Assembly: GCA_032718475.1 (NCBI GenBank)
Contig: JAUCBJ010001501.1
Location: 191-64,190 of the forward strand
Reading direction: 5' to 3'
From: Nemertoderma westbladi
Lineage: Eukaryota > Animalia > Xenacoelomorpha
Length of the DNA: 64,000 nucleotides
Shown here: piece by piece, positions 40,031-51,870 of the stretch
Layout: each line of letters starts with the position of its first letter
How positions within the stretch are numbered: position 1 is the first letter of the stretch
Made by a program: the position numbers and the translations under genes
The notes under the pieces: generated by a model
What the model saw: only the letters and a program-made list of their open reading frames with translations
What the model was told of the DNA's origin: nothing
Databases searched by the model: none

Positions 40031-40591
40031 TGTGACGGGATCAGGGATCCCGACCGGGTTAATGCTCGTACGCGTTGCCGTAGGCTGATATCAGGTAACT
40101 TGGCCAAGGCCGTAGGAGAAAAATGTTTGAGCTTGATGTTCCTTGCGTTCCAATATAAATGTGTAATAATTGCACGGCACTTAGTGACGACGGTAAGACA
40201 ATGTTGCCGGTCTGCACTGAAACTGATAACTGGGTAACTGAATGACAAACCGGTATGTAGGAGATAATATATGATTACTTCACTCCTACGCTACCTTGGC
40301 CTGCTACCTAGTGGATGCTCTCATTTGCCCTTATTGGCTAACAACCTACTTCACACCCTTCCACTCTCTGGGAGTGTTTCCCCTCTGTTGCTAGCCCCTG
40401 CTAGCTGTGTCCTCTCCGAGGTGGTTTGACCTCTAACCTTCCTTTATGTGTGGCTTCGGGGTTTGTACTGTCCCCCGATGTTGGTTGTGATACGAGATTA
40501 ATTATTGCTAATCTCGTATCTCCAACATATTGCTGAAAATGACACTATCCCATTTGATGAGGGTAATGAGGCGGAATTGAATCCGCTTACA
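40031..40591 (-). mobile_element. Solo LTR (561 bp), diverged relative of 33267-33883
   Basis: Reverse complement runs TGTAAGCGGATTC...GATCCCGTCACA; 5-bp TSD AAAAG at 40026-40030 and 40592-40596. Confidence 0.88.
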
Positions 40592-40731
40592 AAAAGTGTA
40601 CAATGCCCAGCTCCAACACAGAAACTGTCTATGGTGTATGGAGCATACTACTATACTACCCCATCCTGCGGAACTGCACCAACACCCCCGGGTCTGAATC
40701 TGCATTGCCAACCAGAACGACGATTCGGAGA

Positions 40732-41155
40732 CTACAACCTGCACCGGTCGCCTAGCATTGAACGGTTACCGCGCAAACACATTAAGGACGAGCGGAGGTG
40801 GGAGAAACTGATTCGCCGACGTACCCATGAGACGCACTCCTGATAGGGAACCGGCCGTTTGTCGGACAACTTCACCGCCAGTCGTTTGACAAACTGGTGG
40901 GCAGCTGGTGCTATTCCGCCGAAAGTTGAGAAGATTAAGGCAGTTGAGTGTTCCACCTCACGTAATATCTCCTCGCATTTCCGGCACTCCTCGCCTCGTG
41001 CTGGAGATGAGAGGCGACATCCCTTCGTTGGTGTCCGCCATCTGGTTGGACACCAACACATCGATGACCATCTTCTGGAAGCGGTTGCCTCAGAATCCGC
41101 TCACCGCCACATCGAGTCGCGCCAGCTGGTCTGTCAAGGTGGACCGAAGTGTTGG
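40732..41155 (-). mobile_element. 3' fragment of a CRE-like RLE retrotransposon
   Basis: ARLDVAVSGF*G...IDV (RLE R-x-D...D), LIFSTFGG, WVRRRISFSHLRSSLMCLRG. Confidence 0.82.
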
Positions 41156-42296
41156 TCTAGGCAATATTTTGCATTTAATAATGTTCATGAACATCATGCG
41201 GCCAAATATATATTGTATTTTTATGGTAGCTAGTATTTTTGAACTAGCTGGTGTATAAAAAAATTAAAAAAAATTAGATTTTTCTTGTTGAACCACTGTT
41301 CCAGAAACACATCTTTATTTAGCATTACCGGTAGGAGAAAATTTATTTTTCATGGTAGCTACTTTGTAAATAATTGTTTTTTTCTCAATATTAGTTTTAT
41401 TATTATCGTGTCTGTTGCAAATATATTACAGAATTCGAGAATACTTGGGCCATTACACATCCTAACATTTGAGGATATTTCGTCAATTTTTCGTCAAATG
41501 TCAATGTCTATCAGTAGGCGATCTTCTCCACTTTTTGATAGTTTTCAATTTAGTACCCGAAGTAACGGGATTTAATCTATCACTATCACATGATCTCAAT
41601 TATTCTCACGCTTATATTCGGACAAAAACCGGTTTCAAAAAACTTCTAGAACTAGAAAAAGTATTTATTATATTTAGAATAAGTACTATATGTTCAAGAA
41701 GTGCTTTGGTGCTATATTTCGGGGAATTTTGGGTTCCGCCCGTGCCAGCCTTTGTCTGTATTTTTTCAACATATTTTCATGCTAAATTTTGCCTGTATTT
41801 TTATATTTATAAGAGTTCTAGAACCTAAGTGTTCTGAAACTGATAATAAATGTTCTAGAACATTTTAATTATCAATTTTCTAGAAAAAAATGTTCTAGAA
41901 TATTTATTCTTAAAAATAAAGATTATTAATAAAATGTTTAATCGGTGATGCCAAAAGCGAAATAAATGCGGTTAACGTGTAGCAAGAAGAATGCAGCAAC
42001 TGTGAATGAGTGGAGAAAGCATGCGATGGACATAAAAGTGAGTTGAACAAAATTAAACGTAAACTTAGAAAATATATAACAAAAATATACAATGCCAGTT
42101 CCAGTTGACACAAGTTGCAACGAATAAATACTCATATAAATTCGTGTCCAAAGTAATCGGATATCTCTGGTGACATCAGATGCGCAAGGAATAAACTATA
42201 ATTATTGTCTGTTCGAGAACGGTATAATACCTGGAGCAAATTAATCTGTATAACTACTGAGGCGTAGGCCGAAGTAGTTATACATGATTTATTTGC

Positions 42297-42383
42297 TGAA
42301 GGATTGATTTTCTGAAGGGCTGAAGGATTGATTTTCTGAAGGGCTGAAGGATTGATTTTCTGAAGGGCTGAAGGATTGATTTG
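42297..42383. repeat. 24-bp tandem repeat TGAAGGATTGATTTTCTGAAGGGC, ~3.5 copies
   Basis: Exact copies read directly from the sequence. Confidence 0.9.
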
Positions 42384-44712
42384 CTAATATACATATTATT
42401 ATATATATTATATAGAACATTATATATTTTTTTTATTTATGTTCTAGAATAGTGTATAACAATTATATTTTGTTCTAGAACTCTACAATGTTGCCATGGT
42501 AACAATGATTTATGTTATAAAAATGTAGTGCTATTCGGAACTGTTACCAAAAATAAAAAAATTAAAATCTAAAAAATATATTCAGTACATTGATTTTTGA
42601 TTAGCGGTAGCTAATGTTCTGAAAAATAAAATAAAATAAAAATGTTCCGAAAATATTGTGTTCTAGAACACAATATTTTTTTTGAAAAATGTTGTGAGGA
42701 AGTCAACGATGGTAATTTAGGTCTAAATTAATCATAATATACGGCGATATATTTCATAAAAATTTTTTTAGAAAATGCGACTGCATACAGAACTGTTCCC
42801 TTTGTTTTAATAGATAATTTGGGAACAGTTCCGTATTCCTCCCCATTTTGTATTTTTTTACTAGCTATTTTTTAGCAGATTTAGACATGTATAAATGTTC
42901 TAGAACATATCCCGCAGCAAAAAATAAATTTATTTTTTATGGTAGCTAATTTCAGCAATCCGCTCGCTGCATGACCTGTTATTTAGTAAACCATGATCGG
43001 TATACGAAAACCCTAGGCCCTATAATCTATTAATTTAAATGTATTCAGAAATTTATTTAAAAATAATTTTTTTTAATTTAGTAGCTAATTTAAATTTAGA
43101 CTCAAAATATAAATATAACATATAACACTCTTCAATGTTGCCATTGTAACAATTATTTTATATGATTTAAAAATTTAGTGCTATACGGAACTCTACACCC
43201 GATCTACTGTAAAGTGCCAACGCAGTCAGGGCCTAATAATAGATACTAAAAGTATACAAACTGCTGCTGGCGATATCGGTGCCTGATCTCTTCTACTAAA
43301 CTTGGGTGAATCAATTGCCCGGGCTAACTTGACAATCAGGGTGACCGGTCCCTAACCAGTGAGGCAGAAATATAGTCTGCAGAAAACAGGAGAAACAATC
43401 CTGCACAGCGAATCCCAACTAACGCTGATGGGCGTAAAACTGCTGCAGACTTGCCATGGTGTGATTTATATGGGTATAATAATGAGCTAGTGAGTTGACC
43501 AAACACTAGCATACGGCCGACAGATAAGACAGTCAAAATAATAGAAGAACAGAAATCTTAAGACGCGCATGTGTGTGTGCATATGTTATGGCAAAGTGCA
43601 ATGTTTGTACGATCAATGTTACTATATTTTGTTGACTTTTAACAAAATATATCGGGCGCTGGCTACTAGAATAAGCTAGTCGCGCTCTAAAGCGAAATAC
43701 ATACAAAATGACATCAAAAGGGGCTCTCTCCTTCTATATTCACAACTCGATCGGGCAAATACGGTGTTAGTAACTATGCCCGTAATTGGCACCTAATACC
43801 AGACTCTGATTGTGAAAATAGAGATAGGATGTTAGTTTTACTACCATACTGCTAGCTGATCTGGTATAAATAAATTTAGTTCTAGAAATTTTGTTGCCGT
43901 GATGTTGCCAATACCTAGCAATACGTGGCAAGGGCGCGGTAGATATGTTAGTATCCACCTTCAACCTAAATGGTACGCCTGTAGTAAGAAGCTCCCCTTT
44001 GCCTTAGTAATACATCAAACCCAGACAGATCAGTTGACAGCAACTATCTACAGAGCTAACTGGTACTGATAGCTAGTACAGTAAAGTCACCAAATTACAG
44101 AATGTGCTATTTGCACTTAGTGTACCAGAGCGCACTACTGGCACTAGCTCACACCTGTAGATCGTGCAGGTCAACTGTGGGGTATCTGTCTGTATCCTAG
44201 ATATTTGTTCCTAAATATTATGGCGTCCTAGGACGTCCTCACATTTCACCCTGATCTAAGGTTTTACAGTGGACAAAAGCATCGAACGAAGTCTTACTTT
44301 GGCGTGGGTAGTCTTAAAGGGTTTGCGGATCATAGCCGAATGTGTGTGGGCAATTAGTGCGGGTTCTTTATGCATCCTGCAGACATTCCTCCCCCTTGCA
44401 TCGCTGTCATCAAAAAGTATAGGCAGCCATTCAAATGTTTGGAAGTGGTTTCATATAAGATACGTTAAAAACTTACATAGTTAGAGTTTTTAAGTATATA
44501 TTAATGTGAAACAGAGTATACAACTAAACATTTACAAGATAGTAACTAATAATTTGGAAGTGAATATGTTTTTAAACTAATAAGAAGTTTTACTAAGTTA
44601 AGTAACTAGTGAAGTGAACAAATTATTAGTGATAACTAAAGGACAAACTGCACCTTTTATAGTAAATTTGGATGTGGAATGGAATTCGAATGCATTCTAA
44701 TCGTTCTATTCG

Positions 44713-47700
44713 ATCTATACGTTGTCAGGTCAGGTCCCCAGATCCTGCTACCACTATGGCAGTAATGTGGTACTACCTGTAGCTGTCAGCCCAGTAGGGC
44801 AGGCCCGATAAGCATAGCCTATTCATTATTTAGTTGATCAAGAGAGGGTTGGTTTAGCCCCATCAACTAAATAAGTCATTGAGGGCTATAGCGCCTAGTA
44901 CACCATTGAAGGCAAAGGCTTGATACGCATCTGCATTAGAGATGATACACGCCCGGCCCTGTCTATACTGGATGCTCCTCTACCTCTACCTAACCCAGGA
45001 GGAACACTTGGTTCAGGGTGTAACAAAAGGACCCCTACAGTCGAATGACATTGGAAATGGAAGTACAATGACATTGGAAATGGATGGACGTTAGTAACAA
45101 GCTCAGCAGTAAGAAACTCGGCCAATGCATCAATTGGCGGAGTAGGAATTCTGCTAAGACCATTTGCACTTAAGACCCTAAACAACATCGAATCTATAAA
45201 TTCCAGGGTTATGATCGCAACATTTGATGGGAATCCCAAGACAACAGTTATATGTTGCAATAGAACAAGCATATAGAACAAGCAGTCAAGTTTTATGAAG
45301 AAAGATCTGACTGGACTTATAAAGGACATTCCAAAACACAATGTTAAAGTCATTGCTGGTGACCTGAATGCGCAAATTGGCCCAGAAAACATCAAGGGTT
45401 ACACCTATAACACCAGTTCTAACAGAAATGGGTACTTACTTTTAGACCTAATGGAAGAATGTGAATTGATACCAACAAACAACACATTCGAAAAAGGGGA
45501 AGCTAAAGACTTTTCAATACCCTAATGGAACCAAAGCACAACTGGATTACATCCTTATAAACAAAAAGTGGAGAAACAGCATGATCAACTGCGAGGCATA
45601 CAGCTCGTTCAACCTAATTTGTTCGGACCACAGAATTGTGACTGCAGAGATACGACTCAGTTTGAGAGCCAGCAAACCCAGGACAAGCAAGCAAATCAAC
45701 TATGACTGGGAGAAACTCAGAACTGACAATGCTGTAAAGGATGCTTATACAGTAGAAGTTCAAAACCGCTTTGAAGTGCTTCAGTCAATGGATGAAGACC
45801 AATCCACTGATTCAATATACCAGAATATAATAATAGCCCACAACGAATCAGCTAAGAGGCATATCCCCCAGAAACCCAAACGAAAACAGTATGTGCCATG
45901 GCAAAACTCTGAGGTTACTTGTAAGAGAGAAGATCTTAAGATAGCCTACAAAGTTAAAACCGAACAACCAACAACTGAAAACATTAACAAGGTTGAGAAA
46001 GCTAAGGACGATCTTAAATTGGCCTACAACATCAGCCAGGAAAAGTACATACAGGATAAAGCTGAAGCAATTACAACTGCTCACATACAGCAACATTCAA
46101 GACTTACCTGGCAAACTGTAAATGAGGTATCTGGTCGGAAAAGTTGTGCAAAGGGGCGCCTCAAAGCCGATAGTCCTGAAGAACGTGTTGGGAAGTGGAA
46201 AAATCACTTCAGCAACTTGCTTGGGCAGCCACCAAACATCGAGGTCAGCCCTACAAGGAAAATATATGACAAGACACTACCTATAGAAACAGGGGACTTC
46301 ACACCTGCTGAACTCCAAAGAAGCGTTAAAAGCATGTCCAATAATAAAGCGAGTGGATTAGATGAAATCCCAGCGGAGGTATGGAAAACCGGAGTGCTAA
46401 ACAGACCATTATTGAATGTTTGCAACCAGATGTTAAAAGGGGAAAAGCCACCACCAATTTGGACTAAAGGTCAACTAAAGCCTCTCCCCAAGAAAGGAGA
46501 CCTCGGCATACCAACAAACTATCGTGGGATCTGTCTGCTTGTGGTAGCTGCCAAAATATACAATAAAATGATTCTATATAGGATTAGGCCTCACATAGAG
46601 AAACTACTGCGTAAGAGCCAAAACGGATTTCGACCAAGTAGATCAACAATAGCTCAGATACTTGCACTACGGAGACTGATTGAAGGAATTAAGTCAAAGA
46701 ATCTCCCCGCAGTTATGACTTTTGTGGACTTCAAGAAGGCATTCGACTCCATCCATAGAGGTAAAATGCTTGAAATCCTAAGAGCTTATGGAATACCAGA
46801 AGTAATTGTTGCTGGCATTGGATTGTTATATTATGACACAGAAGCGCAGGTACTCTCACCAGATGGTGAAACTGAGTTTTTCTCAATCCTGGCTGGGGTA
46901 CTGCAAGGTGACACATTAGCACCATTACTATTTGTAATTGTGCTGGATTACGCAATAAGGACGGCCACAAAGGGTGAAGATCTGGGATTCACACTTCAAG
47001 AACGCAGAAGTAGTAGATATCCGGCAACTACAGTCACATACACCGACTTTGCGGATGACATCGCCCTGCTCTCTAATACGCTAGCAGATGCACAGCTTCT
47101 ACTAAATAAAGTGGAGAGGGCTGTTGGATTGCATATAAATGCTACAAAGACAGAATTCATGACCTTTAATGTTGATGGAAACTTGACAACCATTGATAAT
47201 AATCAACTAAGGAAGGTCAATGACTTCCAGTACCTTGGATCATGGATAGAGAGTAGCAAAAAGGACATAGAAGTTAGGAAAGCAAAGGCTTGGGTAGCTC
47301 TATCGAAAATGGATACCATCTGGAAATCAGATCTCTCCAGGCACCTGAAGACTAAGTTCTTTCGAGCCACAGTGGAAAGTGTATTTTTATATGGGGGTGA
47401 GACCCGGACACTGACTAAATCACTTGAACAACAAATTGATGGTTGCTACACAAGACTACTAAGGGCAGCCCTAAACATCAGCTGGAGACAACACATGACA
47501 AACGCCGAACTTTATGGAACAATACCACCTGTATCAACCACCCTCCGTGAACACAGATTAAGATTCAGTGGGCACTGCTGGCGAAGTAAAGACGAGGTCA
47601 TACCAGATCTACTTCTCTGGCAACCAACTCATGGAAAGCGTAGTCGTGGACGACCAGCCATAACATATATAGATCAACTTGAAAGGGATACTGAACTTGG

Positions 47701-47791
47701 GAGAAACGAAATTGCGACAACTATGGAGAATCGGGAAGCCTGGAAGGATCTCATTTCCACTGTCCGAGTTCGCTCGACCTAGTAGTAATAG
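44713..47791 (+). mobile_element. RTE family A copy 4: both ends present, endonuclease disabled
   Basis: TSD TATTCG at 44707-44712 and 47792-47797; (TAG)n tail; ~450-bp deletion near 45045 relative to copy 2. Confidence 0.93.
45581..47782 (+). CDS. 733-aa open remnant of the RTE ORF (RT domain intact, endonuclease N-terminus lost)
   Basis: PKKGD, NYRGI, QNGFR, DFKKAFDS, QGDTLAP, FADD, YLGS, GHCWR. Confidence 0.85.
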   Translation: MINCEAYSSFNLICSDHRIVTAEIRLSLRASKPRTSKQINYDWEKLRTDNAVKDAYTVEVQNRFEVLQSMDEDQSTDSIYQNIIIAHNESAKRHIPQKPKRKQYVPWQNSEVTCKREDLKIAYKVKTEQPTTENINKVEKAKDDLKLAYNISQEKYIQDKAEAITTAHIQQHSRLTWQTVNEVSGRKSCAKGRLKADSPEERVGKWKNHFSNLLGQPPNIEVSPTRKIYDKTLPIETGDFTPAELQRSVKSMSNNKASGLDEIPAEVWKTGVLNRPLLNVCNQMLKGEKPPPIWTKGQLKPLPKKGDLGIPTNYRGICLLVVAAKIYNKMILYRIRPHIEKLLRKSQNGFRPSRSTIAQILALRRLIEGIKSKNLPAVMTFVDFKKAFDSIHRGKMLEILRAYGIPEVIVAGIGLLYYDTEAQVLSPDGETEFFSILAGVLQGDTLAPLLFVIVLDYAIRTATKGEDLGFTLQERRSSRYPATTVTYTDFADDIALLSNTLADAQLLLNKVERAVGLHINATKTEFMTFNVDGNLTTIDNNQLRKVNDFQYLGSWIESSKKDIEVRKAKAWVALSKMDTIWKSDLSRHLKTKFFRATVESVFLYGGETRTLTKSLEQQIDGCYTRLLRAALNISWRQHMTNAELYGTIPPVSTTLREHRLRFSGHCWRSKDEVIPDLLLWQPTHGKRSRGRPAITYIDQLERDTELGRNEIATTMENREAWKDLISTVRVRST

Positions 47792-48189
47792 TATTCGTTC
47801 TATAACATTCCTAAAAGCCGCATTGGTCCAATAAAAGGTTAAACACAAGATGTAATCATCACATCTCATTGGTCCAGCTAATCAGAAATCAAAGGTGTAT
47901 ACACACAACACAGTATTGGTTCAACTACTATAAATCTAGATAGGTGGTATATTTAAATTTGAAATATACTACTACAAAAATACAAATTTGCTAAGTCGAA
48001 CTCTGTACCTAACTAATATATACACGACCTACGGACTAACCTACTAGGCTACTGGACCATCTGATGTATCTCTGTAAAATATGTTAGATATTACAAATGC
48101 ATAGTATTTTAAAGAACTTATAGAAATAAAGAATAAATATCGAAATTTTTAAATTTTTTATACAAACTAAACTACCTCACTAAACTACC

Positions 48190-48645
48190 ATCCCTCAGTC
48201 CATATTGGGTGCCCCCCAATCTGTATCAGGTGACTCCAAATCCATATTGGGTGCCCCCCAATCCATTCACCTCAGTCGATGTCGGGCAGCCATTAATTTA
48301 AATCTGACGCCCCCCATTCCCCCCAGTTCATGCTGGGTGCCTCCCTCTCCATGTCGAGTGCCCTCCAGTTTGAGTTGGGCCCCCCACAATCCATGTCGAG
48401 TACCCCCCAGTCTGCATCAGGTATAACACAGTCAGTGTATGGTGTCCCCAAGTCGATGCTTGGTGTCCCCCAGTCTGGGTGGGGCGCCCCCCAAGCTATG
48501 TCGAGTTCCCCCCAGTCCGTGTCAGGCGCCTCCCAGTCCATGGCATGTGCCACCCCATCCATGCCGTGCACCACCCAATCCATGTAGGGTTCCCCCCAGT
48601 CTGCGTCGGGTGTCCCCCAGTCCGAGTCGGGAATCCCCCAAGTCG
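48190..48645. repeat. Degenerate ~21-bp C-rich tandem repeats at the 5' side of the CRE-like element
   Basis: GTGCCCCCCARTCCATGTCGG-like units; source of the Pro/Ser-rich ORFs at 48205-48694. Confidence 0.8.
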
Positions 48646-48649
48646 TATG

Positions 48650-51600
48650 CTCTATGATGGCGCAGGGTTCCCAGCGATGCTGCCTGCCTCATGAAGGAAT
48701 GTGCGACTAGTCAGTATGGTTGTACTCGGACAAAGAAAGGATGTACAAGTTGCGCCGCAATGGGGACAACCATAATGAGGAACCCCCATAATGATTTATG
48801 CCCAAATAGAACGACTCCGGCTCAGGACCCTTCTCTAACCCTCCCCGGAATGTCGACTAGGCCCAGTAACTACTATGGGCCCAGTCGACTAGGCCCATAA
48901 TTTCACCGACCACTGATATTTGGAGACAGCTTTTGGTGGGGTGTGGCTCAATTCCCCAGGGTCGTCCTCTGACCAAACCTGGGAGAGATGGCATGCCCGC
49001 CTTGTCAAGTTGGCAAGTCGGAGGTGTATCCTCCCCGGAGGTAATGTAGGAAGGAAAGATGCTGACCTGCTAGCATTGGAAATCAGCGGGCTAAGCAGTG
49101 GAACATATCCTTCTGAGCAGCCTTTGTGCTTCGTTGCCATAATGTTCCAGCGAGATCCCGATGTGGTCAAGGGGGCTTGATATGAATGTATCAGCGGATC
49201 AGAATGTGGGAGAGAGGCGAGATTGTATAACTGCTTGCGGAGGCTGAGCACTGCAATAACAGATTCCCAACTGGTCATAGGACTATACCCACTAACACAG
49301 GCAAGGACTTCAATAGGATGGTTCTCGAGGGGCAGAATTGGGCAGCAGTCCGACGAGTAACTGACCGAGATTGTGGTGGTATTCTAGAGACCAAGTCACA
49401 GGTAGAAGGTCAACCTCTCGGAGTTACGGTGAGAGATATGCTAGCAAAGAAACACCCAGCCCAGATGCCAGTAGAACCTGAGTCACTCGAACCTGAAGGT
49501 GCACTACCAGCTTTTGAGGACGTGGACATCACCTCGCAGATCGTACTTCGGGTTGCCCGCACACTGCGAAGGGCTGCCGGACCTGTGGGTGGTGATGCAG
49601 AGTTCTGGAGTGCTGCACTAATAAGGTATGACACCCACAATGCACATCTTCGCGAGGCAGTGGCCTGCTTAGCGCTTCGACTGGCGAACACGATCGTCCC
49701 TTGGGGTGAGGTCAGGGCACTCCGTGCCTGTCGACTGATCGCACTCGACAAGCAACCCGGAGTGCGACCAATAGGGATCGGCGAGGTACTCTATCACCTA
49801 CTCGCTAGCTGCCTATCGACCACCACCAAGATGGACTTTGTGATGGGGAATGCGGTGCGGATCAACTGTGTGCCGGAGTGAAAGCCGGTATAGAAGGAGG
49901 CATCCATGCTATGACAGCCCTGTTTGAAGATGATTCGACAGAGTGCATGCTACTCATGGATGCTAGCAATGCCTTCAACTCCATCAGCTGCCCAGTTGCT
50001 CTGATGAATTGCTGTCGATATTGGCATCGCTGCTCACATTTTGTTTATAATGCGTACAATGGACATACGGCTATGTATCTTAGTGGAAGCAATGACCCAT
50101 TGTGGAGTGAGGAGGGAATGACGCAGGGTGACCCACTGGCCATGTTAGTATACAGCTGTGTTACACTGCCAATGGTGCGCGGGCTCTATGAGAGCACGTC
50201 AGACCTGCTAGTGGAACAATCACTCACAGAAGCCAATATCTCTGCACCAAGACCCAACCCAACCGAGGATCCGACGACATTGCCAACGCCAACTGAAGAT
50301 TCCACTAACAACTTTTACCAAACACAGCCAACTACACAGACTCATAGGACCAACCCTCAACATGCAAGAAGCCGACAGTGTTGGTATGCCGACGTTGCCT
50401 CAGGTGCTGGTACAATGACTCAGGTATTAGTTTGGTGGAACCTTCTACTCCGCGTGGGTCCCAAGATCAGGTACAACACCGGGCCCAATAAGTCCTATCT
50501 GGTGGTGAAACCGGGGCTGGAGGAACAAGCCCACAAGATGTTTGGGGGTTGGGGTATTCGGGTGGTTTCGGGCCATCGTTTCCTGGGAGGGTACATTGGG
50601 GATGATGCAGGGTGCAAGCGGTATATATCAGAGATGGTGGAAGGCTGTGTCCAGAGCATTACAAGGCTGGCAGATGTAGCAGAGGAGGTCCCACAGACTG
50701 CCCACACAGGGATGTCCCGGTGTGTACAGCAAGAATGGGACTTTATCCTCCGAGTGGTAGAGGTAGATGACATTGTCTTCGAGCCAATACGAACAGCACT
50801 ACTACGGCGTTATATACCTGCTCTGTTTGGCACTATGTCAGTATCAGACCCGGTCAATGATCAACTCCTCCTTCTGCCTGCTCGTTATGGGGGTATTGGT
50901 ATCCGAAATCCAGTCACAAGGCAGAACCAAGCACATTTGGCATCAGGAACGGAACTCATATTAGAAGCCATCATAAATGGGACTCCACTTTGTGTAGCAG
51001 ACCACGAAGGGCAACTCAAGAAGGCGCGTGCAGAGGGCAGAAAAGCAAACGACCTGGCATATAGTTCCAGCCAGGAGTCTGCACTGGCAGCAATCCCACC
51101 GGATCGTCGCCTCACTGTCACCAGCACAACAACAAACAAGACAAGCAGCTGGCTCATTGCCAAACCATCCATCCTGGATAACACCGACCTATACCCAGAG
51201 GTGTTTCGTGATAGTCTCACATTACGTTATGGCCTGACACCGCCCGGCCTCCCTGCCGAGTTTGAGGGCTGCAGGAATGATTTTACTACTACCCATGCTC
51301 TAAGTTGTAAAACAGGCGGGCTAGTAATCAAGCGCCATAATGAGGTTAGGGAGGTGTTTGGAGATTTAATTTCAGCACTTGTCGGTCCCTCTTCGGTTGA
51401 GCGGGAGGTGACACTTGCGAATGGGCACCTTGACTGACAGGGAGTAAACATCGGGGGAGTTTGCGCAGACCTAGTGGCACCTGGACATCAATCAGGTATC
51501 TGTACCAATCAGAGGGTGGCGTCTTTCGATATTGCCGTGATAAACGCCCTACACCACCTCATACATCCAGAATAACAGTTCCAAGAGGTCAATCCTCGAG

Positions 51601-51870
51601 CAGAGGGTCCGCACAAAGAAGCAGCATTATCATGATGTGTGCGAGTCGAGGAGGATGTCATTTGCACCACTTGTCAGCACCACAGAATGAATGTGGTGTA
51701 AGGAAACCACATCTTCATACATCACCTCGCAGAGTCACTGGTAGCCAGACACGAAGGAATGCGGGAGAGTGGCCTCACCCATATACTGGGTAGTATATGC
51801 CACAGGCTCCAGTTCGCTCTGCTTGAGGGGTGGACGCCATCCATGGCTGGCACTCGGGTTCTGCGATGGT
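48650..51870 (+). pseudogene. Near-full-length CRE-like non-LTR retrotransposon ORF (Cys-rich N-terminus, RT, CCHC finger, RLE), disrupted
   Basis: LIALDKQPGVRPIGIGEV, LMDASNAFNSI, GMTQGDPLAM, WYADV (decayed YADD), FLGGYIG, C...HALSCKTGG..IKRHNEVR, LRADL...FDIAV; several frameshifts. Confidence 0.88.

Noticed and set aside
33267-40591. Single element with long inverted terminal repeats (DIRS-like)
   Set aside because: Each repeat has its own distinct 5-bp TSD and they are strongly diverged, so they are independent solo LTRs
48205-48694. Pro/Ser-rich ORFs as a host gene
   Set aside because: Degenerate 21-bp repeats open in several frames on both strands, adjacent to the CRE-like ORF
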